Assembly: GCA_016787005.1 (NCBI GenBank) | Contig: JAEUTS010000122.1 | Coordinates: forward strand, 1 to 34,760 | Direction: 5' to 3' | Origin: Bacteroidia bacterium | GTDB taxonomy: Bacteria > Bacteroidota > Bacteroidia > JABDFU01 | DNA length: 34,760 nucleotides | Shown: one piece after another, positions 28,919 to 34,760 of the stretch | Layout of the letters: each line of letters begins with the position of its first letter | How positions within the stretch are numbered: position 1 is the first letter of the stretch | Made by a program: the position numbers and the translations under genes | The notes under the pieces: generated by a model | Told to the model about the DNA's origin: nothing | Database searches by the model: none | What the model saw: only the letters and a program-made list of their open reading frames with translations

Positions 28919-29792
28919 AGGAACAACTATTACTAAATCAGAACAGTTAGGGATTGTTCATGCAAGACCGAAGGTGCTATTTCCAGAGTTGGAAACTCAA
29001 AAGCCGTTTTTAAAATGGGCAGGAGGAAAAACTCAAATGATTTCTGATATATTAAAGTTTACGCCAAATAAATTCAATAAGTATATTGAACCATTTATTG
29101 GCGGAGGTGCTTTATTCTTTAATCTTAACCATCCGAAATCAATTATTTCAGATTTAAATGAAGAATTAGTAATTACATACAAGCAAGTACAAGAAAATGT
29201 TTACGAAGTAATAAATATCCTTGAGAAATATCACAACACTGAAACTTTTTACTATAAAACAAGGAGCCTTGACACACAGAAATTAAGTCACGCAGAGAGG
29301 GCAGCTCGATTAATATATCTTAATAAAACTTGTTTTAATGGGTTATTCAGAGTTAACAAAAAAGGAGAGTTTAACGTACCTTACGGTAAGCGAAATGGTT
29401 CTTTTTTAAATAAAGAAAATCTGTTAAGATCATCTGATTATTTACAAAACACTGAAATATATTTTTCAGATTATAAGGAAATTTTAAAAAAATATGCAAA
29501 GAAAGGTGATTTTGTTTTTCTTGACCCACCTTATCAGCCTGTTGGAAAACACTCTGATTTTAAAAGATATACGAAAGAGTTTTTTTACGAAGAAGATCAG
29601 ATTGAGTTAGCTGAAATTTTTAAAGATCTTACCAATAAAGGGTGTTATGTAATGCTCACAAATTCCGATCACCCATTTATTCTCGATTTATATAAAGATT
29701 TCCATATAGAGATCGTTGAAACAAAGCGATTAATAAGCAGTAATCCAAAAACACGAACAGGAATAGATATCATTGTTTTAGGTGGTCTATAA
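28911..29792 (+). CDS. Dam-family (D12 class) N6-adenine DNA methyltransferase, M1
   Basis: KPFLKWAGGK, YIEPFIGGGA, YLNKTCFNGLFRVNKKGEFNVPYG and FLDPPY. Confidence 0.93.
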   Translation: MLKGTTITKSEQLGIVHARPKVLFPELETQKPFLKWAGGKTQMISDILKFTPNKFNKYIEPFIGGGALFFNLNHPKSIISDLNEELVITYKQVQENVYEVINILEKYHNTETFYYKTRSLDTQKLSHAERAARLIYLNKTCFNGLFRVNKKGEFNVPYGKRNGSFLNKENLLRSSDYLQNTEIYFSDYKEILKKYAKKGDFVFLDPPYQPVGKHSDFKRYTKEFFYEEDQIELAEIFKDLTNKGCYVMLTNSDHPFILDLYKDFHIEIVETKRLISSNPKTRTGIDIIVLGGL

Positions 29793-29793
29793 T

Positions 29794-30837
29794 ATGCAGT
29801 TAGAAATAGAAAACTTTACAGATCAGTTTCAGTATTTCCCCGGTACACGATATATGGGGAGTAAGAATAAAATTATTTCCAATCTATGGAAGCACATAGG
29901 AAAACTTGAATTTGACAGTTTTTTTGACGCGTTTGCAGGCAGTAATGTAGTTAGCTACTTTATGAAATGTCAAGGCAAAAAGGTAATAACAAATGATTTT
30001 ATGTCATTTAGTTACATAACTTCAAAAGCTATTATTGAAAACTCAACGGAACAAATCGATTCAAAGGACATAAAGTTTTTATTAAAGAAAAATAAAAATA
30101 ACGGCTTTATTCAAAGTACATTTCAGGACATATTCTATTCAGCAGAAGAAAACGAATTTCTCGACAGAGTTAGGCGCAACATTTCTCTTCTTGATAACGA
30201 ATACAAAATTGCGTTGGCACTTGCATCATTAGTTAGAGCATGCGTTAAAAAAAGATCAAGAGGCATATTTACTTTTGTTGGGGAACGCTACAATGATGGC
30301 AGAGCCGACATGAGAAAAACAATCGAGGAACATTTTATTGAAAGTATTCAGATTTTTAATAAAGCTGTTTTTTATAATGATCAGCAAAATAAATCAAAGA
30401 ACAAACGATCTGAAAATATTACAGTAAAAGCGGACTTGGTATATCTCGACCCCCCATATTTCACACCAAAATCAGATAATGATTATGTGCGGAGATACCA
30501 TTTTGTTGAAGGTCTTGTAAAAAATTGGGAAGGAATTGAAATTCAAGAACATTCAATAGTTAAAAAATTTGAAAGCTATAAATCACCGTTTGCTAAAAAG
30601 GAAACAGCCTATTCTGCATTTGATGATTTATTCAAAAAACATAAGGATTCTATAATAGCAATATCATATTCCTCAAATAGCCTACCAACGAAAAAGGAAT
30701 TAACCGAAATGCTTTGTAAATACAAGTCAAAAGTTGAAGTTTATGAAATAAATCACACATATTCAATGGGTAATCAAAGCCATAAAATCGGCAATAAAAA
30801 TAACAGAGTAAAAGAATATTTATTTATAGGTAAATAG
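29794..30837 (+). CDS. second D12-class N6-adenine DNA methyltransferase, M2
   Basis: RYMGSK, DAFAGSNVV, ND, YLDPPY, YH, ISYS and C-terminal KEYLF. ATG 29794; GTG 29782 is an alternative start. Confidence 0.9.
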   Translation: MQLEIENFTDQFQYFPGTRYMGSKNKIISNLWKHIGKLEFDSFFDAFAGSNVVSYFMKCQGKKVITNDFMSFSYITSKAIIENSTEQIDSKDIKFLLKKNKNNGFIQSTFQDIFYSAEENEFLDRVRRNISLLDNEYKIALALASLVRACVKKRSRGIFTFVGERYNDGRADMRKTIEEHFIESIQIFNKAVFYNDQQNKSKNKRSENITVKADLVYLDPPYFTPKSDNDYVRRYHFVEGLVKNWEGIEIQEHSIVKKFESYKSPFAKKETAYSAFDDLFKKHKDSIIAISYSSNSLPTKKELTEMLCKYKSKVEVYEINHTYSMGNQSHKIGNKNNRVKEYLFIGK

Positions 30838-30839
30838 CA

Positions 30840-32588
30840 ATGCCAAAAGTTTGGAACATAGGAAATACAACTGTTCGGAATCCGAAACGAATTGAGAACG
30901 CCCTTAAAGTATTTGTTGAAGAAAGGTTTTCAGGTAATGCAAAAGGGAAACAAGCCGAAACACGAATACACGCCAAGTTAAAGGAAAAAGGCGTTTTAGA
31001 ATTTGATGGCAAACCTTCTGACTGGAACGGTCGAAAATGGAGGGCTGCATTTTATCAATTAGGCTTTATCAGTTACGAAAAATATAAAATTGGTCGAGAT
31101 ACTTTTTCTCCAACTGATTTTTTCAAGCAAATAAATGAAAACAACATAACACTTCCTTACCAATTAACAGAAGCGGGTCGTAAGCTTATTTTAGCTACAA
31201 CTGTTCCTCAAATAGAAGATATATACCTACGACAATTTGCTTGTTATGAAATACCAAATTCACTCGAGCGAAGATTTGCTGATGGCAATCTCAAGCCATT
31301 CATCTTGTTTGTTGAAGTATTAAAGCTATTGGATGATAAACATAAGGGTGGGTTGACTAAATTCGAAACGGGTTTGTTTATTCAAAAATTCAGAAACCAT
31401 ACTTCATCGCTTGCAAAAACAATTCTTAAGGAAATTCTTGAATACAGAGCAAAAATTTCAAAATGTAAAACTGCTAAGGAAGCAAAGAAGGTTAATGCGG
31501 TTTATTTAAAAGACCTTGCTAAATTCTCCGGCATCAACCCTTCAAGTGTCGTAGGGGATTACGCAGATACAACCTTTAGATATTTTAGTCTTTCGGGTTT
31601 ATTTACAAGAATTGGTGATTCAATTGTAATTCGTCCAAATAAAAAAGAGTTTGTAAATCAGTTATTAAAAACTGAACCTGTTTTTCTATTCAAAACAAAA
31701 CCATTGGAATATTTCAGAATATTTTATACCAACACACAGGAAATACCAACAGATAATATTAAGATCGCGTTAAATGAAATTTCATCTTTAAGAAGTAATA
31801 TTCGCGATACTGCAAATCCTCTGTTTAAAAAAGTAAGCACGTTAACAGAGAAATCTAATCCCGAAACAGTGCAGAACGTTCGATATGAACTTATTGAGTA
31901 TAATAATTGGGAGCGAGAAGAAGAATACGCTTATGAGCAACAGGAAAGTAAATCTGTAACTGAAATAATAAAGTATTTAAAGGTACTTAACAATGAAAAG
32001 GTCGAAGGAAATGTAATAATTGATGACAAACCTGCCTACTTAGAATGGGCCGTATGGAGATCTTTTCTTTCAATTGATGACATTACTTGCCGTATTCATA
32101 AAACAAGACGGTTTCCAGTCGACCAAGACTTTTTGCCAAGAAATACGGCACCTGGGGGTGGATCTGATTTAATTTTTGAATTTGAAACATATATTCTTGT
32201 TGTTGAAGTTACTTTAACTACTTCTCATAGACAAATGGCTGTTGAAAGTGAACCAGTAAAAAGACATACGGCACAATACAAGCATCTATATCCAACTAAA
32301 GATGTTTATTGCTTGTTCATTGCTCCAAATATTGATAATAACGTGGTTGAAACTTTCAGAATTGGAACATGGTATAATGCAGATATAGAGGAAACAGTAA
32401 ACGTTATACCTATGAGTATTTCCGATTTTATTATTTCTATAGAAACACTACAAAAAAAGAAATTTCACAACTCCGATTTTAAAATTCTTCTTGACAATTG
32501 CTTAACCTATAGAAATACAAGTGCACCTAAATGGAAAGCAACTATAAAATCTGAAGTAGAATCATGGTGTCAAAAAATTAATTTATAA
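30840..32588 (+). CDS. AlwI-family type IIS restriction endonuclease
   Basis: N-terminal TTVRNP.R, DYADTTFRY, LEWAVWR, APGGGSD...VEVTL...RQ...E.EPV.RH and CLFIAP motifs; 582 aa; directly downstream of two methyltransferases. Confidence 0.82.
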   Translation: MPKVWNIGNTTVRNPKRIENALKVFVEERFSGNAKGKQAETRIHAKLKEKGVLEFDGKPSDWNGRKWRAAFYQLGFISYEKYKIGRDTFSPTDFFKQINENNITLPYQLTEAGRKLILATTVPQIEDIYLRQFACYEIPNSLERRFADGNLKPFILFVEVLKLLDDKHKGGLTKFETGLFIQKFRNHTSSLAKTILKEILEYRAKISKCKTAKEAKKVNAVYLKDLAKFSGINPSSVVGDYADTTFRYFSLSGLFTRIGDSIVIRPNKKEFVNQLLKTEPVFLFKTKPLEYFRIFYTNTQEIPTDNIKIALNEISSLRSNIRDTANPLFKKVSTLTEKSNPETVQNVRYELIEYNNWEREEEYAYEQQESKSVTEIIKYLKVLNNEKVEGNVIIDDKPAYLEWAVWRSFLSIDDITCRIHKTRRFPVDQDFLPRNTAPGGGSDLIFEFETYILVVEVTLTTSHRQMAVESEPVKRHTAQYKHLYPTKDVYCLFIAPNIDNNVVETFRIGTWYNADIEETVNVIPMSISDFIISIETLQKKKFHNSDFKILLDNCLTYRNTSAPKWKATIKSEVESWCQKINL

Positions 32589-32590
32589 TA

Positions 32591-33844
32591 TCACTCCATC
32601 AACTTCCTCAGCATATTCAACGCGGCGTCAGCGGTTTTCTGAATATTGCGTTTGCGGTTATTGCCGAATAAAAACTTTTGCGCGGTGACCAACTGAGGTG
32701 TAGCAACAGCAATCCAAACAGTGCCAACGGGTTTTTCATTGGTGCCGCCGGTTGGCCCGGCAATACCAGATGCGGCGATGGCGTAATCAACCTTGAGTTT
32801 TTTCCTTGCCCCAACGGCCATTTGCTCCACCACTTCCCTGCTTACTACCCCATTCTGTTCGATCACAGCGGGATCCACACTCAGCTCCTGTACTTTCACA
32901 TCATTGGAGTATGAAATAACAGAACCCACATAATAATCAGAGCTGCCGGGCACATTGGTAATTAAATGCGATATATAACCACCTGTGCAGCTTTCGGCGG
33001 TGGCAAGGGTTGCTTTCTTTTTTCGCAGCATCTCCCCTACTATCTCTTCTATACCCGGCTGGTATTCGCCAAAGTTTTCATAGCCGTATATATAATCGTT
33101 GATCAAGGGCTTTACCAGGTCAATTTGCTTTTCCACTTTTTTAATTAATTCAGACCTGTCCATGCCAAATGCGGTGATGCGCAAACGTACTTTTCCGGGT
33201 GATGGCAGGTAGGCCAGTTTCATGTTTTGCCAGGCCAGGCCATCCTCCCACTCACTTATTATTTCACTTAAAAATGACTCGCCAATACCCTGTGTTAAAA
33301 TCGTTTTATGAAAAATAACGGGAAGCTTAAATCGTTGTTTGATCATGGGCAGAACATCTTGCTCCATCATAGCCTTCATTTCATAAGGAACACCCGGCAT
33401 TGAAAAAAAGAGTTTGCCGTTTACATCAAAGCACATGCCCGGCGCGGTCCCGTTTTTATTCCTGATGGGTTTACAGTTAGCCGGCACTTCGGCCTGTTTC
33501 CTGTTTATAGGAGTAACTTCCTTCCCGTGACTTTTAAACAGCGCTTCCACATCCTTGTACACTTCTTCATTAAAGACCAATTGTGTATTAAAATAAGTGC
33601 ACAACGTTTGCTTGGTAAGGTCGTCCTTTGTGGGGCCTAAGCCTCCTGTTATTAAAATAATATCCGCGCGTTTAACAGCGCCATCGAGGGCTGCAATGAT
33701 ATCGGCTGACTTATCGGAGATGGACGTTATTTGCTTTACCTCAATTCCGGCCAGGTTAAGCTGCTGCCCCATCCAGGCCGAGTTGGTATCTACTACCTGT
33801 CCGATCAGTAATTCATCGCCTATTGTAATTATTTCTGCTTTCAT
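32591..33844 (-). CDS. cinA: competence/damage-inducible protein A (MoCF-like domain + PncC NMN deamidase)
   Basis: IITIGDELLIGQVVDTN, TGGLGPTKDDLT, GTAPG, PGVPYEM, AESCTGG and SGIAGPTGG. Confidence 0.95.
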   Translation of the reverse strand: MKAEIITIGDELLIGQVVDTNSAWMGQQLNLAGIEVKQITSISDKSADIIAALDGAVKRADIILITGGLGPTKDDLTKQTLCTYFNTQLVFNEEVYKDVEALFKSHGKEVTPINRKQAEVPANCKPIRNKNGTAPGMCFDVNGKLFFSMPGVPYEMKAMMEQDVLPMIKQRFKLPVIFHKTILTQGIGESFLSEIISEWEDGLAWQNMKLAYLPSPGKVRLRITAFGMDRSELIKKVEKQIDLVKPLINDYIYGYENFGEYQPGIEEIVGEMLRKKKATLATAESCTGGYISHLITNVPGSSDYYVGSVISYSNDVKVQELSVDPAVIEQNGVVSREVVEQMAVGARKKLKVDYAIAASGIAGPTGGTNEKPVGTVWIAVATPQLVTAQKFLFGNNRKRNIQKTADAALNMLRKLME

Positions 33845-33861
33845 TTGTTTGTTGTGGTAAG

Positions 33862-33919
33862 GAGTTATTAAGCTATTGAGTTATTGGGGGGACTCAATAA
33901 CCCAATAACTTAATAACTC
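33862..33919. repeat. 27-bp-arm imperfect inverted repeat built from TTATTRRG-like octamers
   Basis: GAGTTATTAAGCTATTGAGTTATTGGG-GGGA-CTCAATAACCCAATAACTTAATAACTC; three non-Watson-Crick positions. Confidence 0.85.
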
Positions 33920-34019
33920 AATTACTGATAACTTTCAACCCTGTAAATTTAATCTGTTTATAATGTAATACGTTAAATTGGCAATATATTTGTATGTTTA
34001 ATAAGAAAACTCATTTACT

Positions 34020-34760
34020 ATGAAAAAATTGATCGTATCAGTATTGGTAATAAGCTCCGGCGCGCTTAGTGCCCAATTCAACCTGGATAAAATTATTAAG
34101 GATGTAAAGGAAGATGTTAAAAAAGAAACAGAGAAAGTAGCTCCTAAAGCTTCGCTGAGCAACGATGAGGTAATTAAAGGCCTGAAGGAAGCTTTATCAG
34201 TAGGTACCAATAACTCCTCATCCTCGGTTTCAAAAGTTGACGGATTCTACAAAAATCCAAAAGTAAAGATCCCTTTTCCGAAGGAAGCCATTGATGTTAA
34301 AAATACACTTGATAACCTTGGAATGACCAAGCAAACAACCAAGTTTGTTGAAACCCTTAACAGGGGGGCCGAAGAGGCCGCTAAATCTGCCGCACCTATC
34401 TTCCTTAAAGCCATCACAAATATGAGTATCGGCGACGGATTTTCGATATTAAATGGAAAAGACACCGCTGCCACAAGCTACCTGAAAGGAAAGACCAGCG
34501 CGGAATTAGACGCGGCGTTCAGGCCCAAAGTAAAAGAAGCCTTGCAAAAGGTAAATATCACTAAATACTGGAACCCTTTAATGACAAAGTATAATAAAAT
34601 ACCCGGTGTTAAAAAACAAAACCCTGATCTTGATAGTTATGTGACCGCCAAAGCGATGGAAGGATTATTTACACTTATAGCCGAAGAGGAAATGAAAATA
34701 AGAAAAGACCCTGCGGCAAGAGTGTCGGACATACTTAAAAAGGTGTTCGCCGGGAAATGA
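34020..34760 (+). CDS. DUF4197 domain-containing protein
   Basis: Signal peptide; GLKEALSVG, VKIPFP, LNRGAEEAA, AATSYL, LDSYVT.KA.EGLF..IA.EE..IR.DP. Stop TGA at the window end. Confidence 0.9.
   Translation: MKKLIVSVLVISSGALSAQFNLDKIIKDVKEDVKKETEKVAPKASLSNDEVIKGLKEALSVGTNNSSSSVSKVDGFYKNPKVKIPFPKEAIDVKNTLDNLGMTKQTTKFVETLNRGAEEAAKSAAPIFLKAITNMSIGDGFSILNGKDTAATSYLKGKTSAELDAAFRPKVKEALQKVNITKYWNPLMTKYNKIPGVKKQNPDLDSYVTAKAMEGLFTLIAEEEMKIRKDPAARVSDILKKVFAGK

Noticed and set aside
33862-33933. CRISPR array
   Set aside because: The repeats are 8-bp tandem units with no spacers, and there are no cas genes.

Overview
A gene-dense chromosomal window from a Bacteroidota bacterium, as shown by type IX secretion (T9SS) genes, TTTG-N19-TAnnTTTG promoters and ribosomal protein THX. 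I found no rRNA, tRNA, CRISPR array, integrase or transposase. Housekeeping genes: DUF4159 (5' partial), rlmI-type methyltransferase, DASS/SLC13 transporter, fmt, HU, agmatinase family, TrmH family, THX, pdxH, yqgE/algH, cinA and DUF4197. Three accessory blocks stand out. (1) A tightly packed minus-strand operon (16119 to 9549) encodes a signal-peptide TPR/beta-sandwich/caspase-family (C14) protease, a beta-propeller/Y_Y_Y membrane sensor with a PP2C (SpoIIE) output, a small lipoprotein of six AFPD repeats resembling the 7(1)-knot (DUF6150-like) proteins, and pdxH. This is my best candidate for an undescribed system. (2) A divergent plus-strand run encodes a TMTC-like GT-C glycosyltransferase, yqgE, a Ser/Thr-rich SprB-repeat T9SS type B cargo split by one in-frame TAG, PorP/SprF and a PorE-like OmpA protein. 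A second TMTC-like paralog lies at 3.8-5.8 kb. (3) A visibly AT-richer segment (about 25.6-32.6 kb) carries a T9SS type A cargo and a type IIS-like restriction-modification operon (XRE regulator, two Dam/D12-class m6A methyltransferases, AlwI-family endonuclease) with a clear promoter and an adjacent palindrome. All family calls come from motif recognition by eye; no database searches were run.
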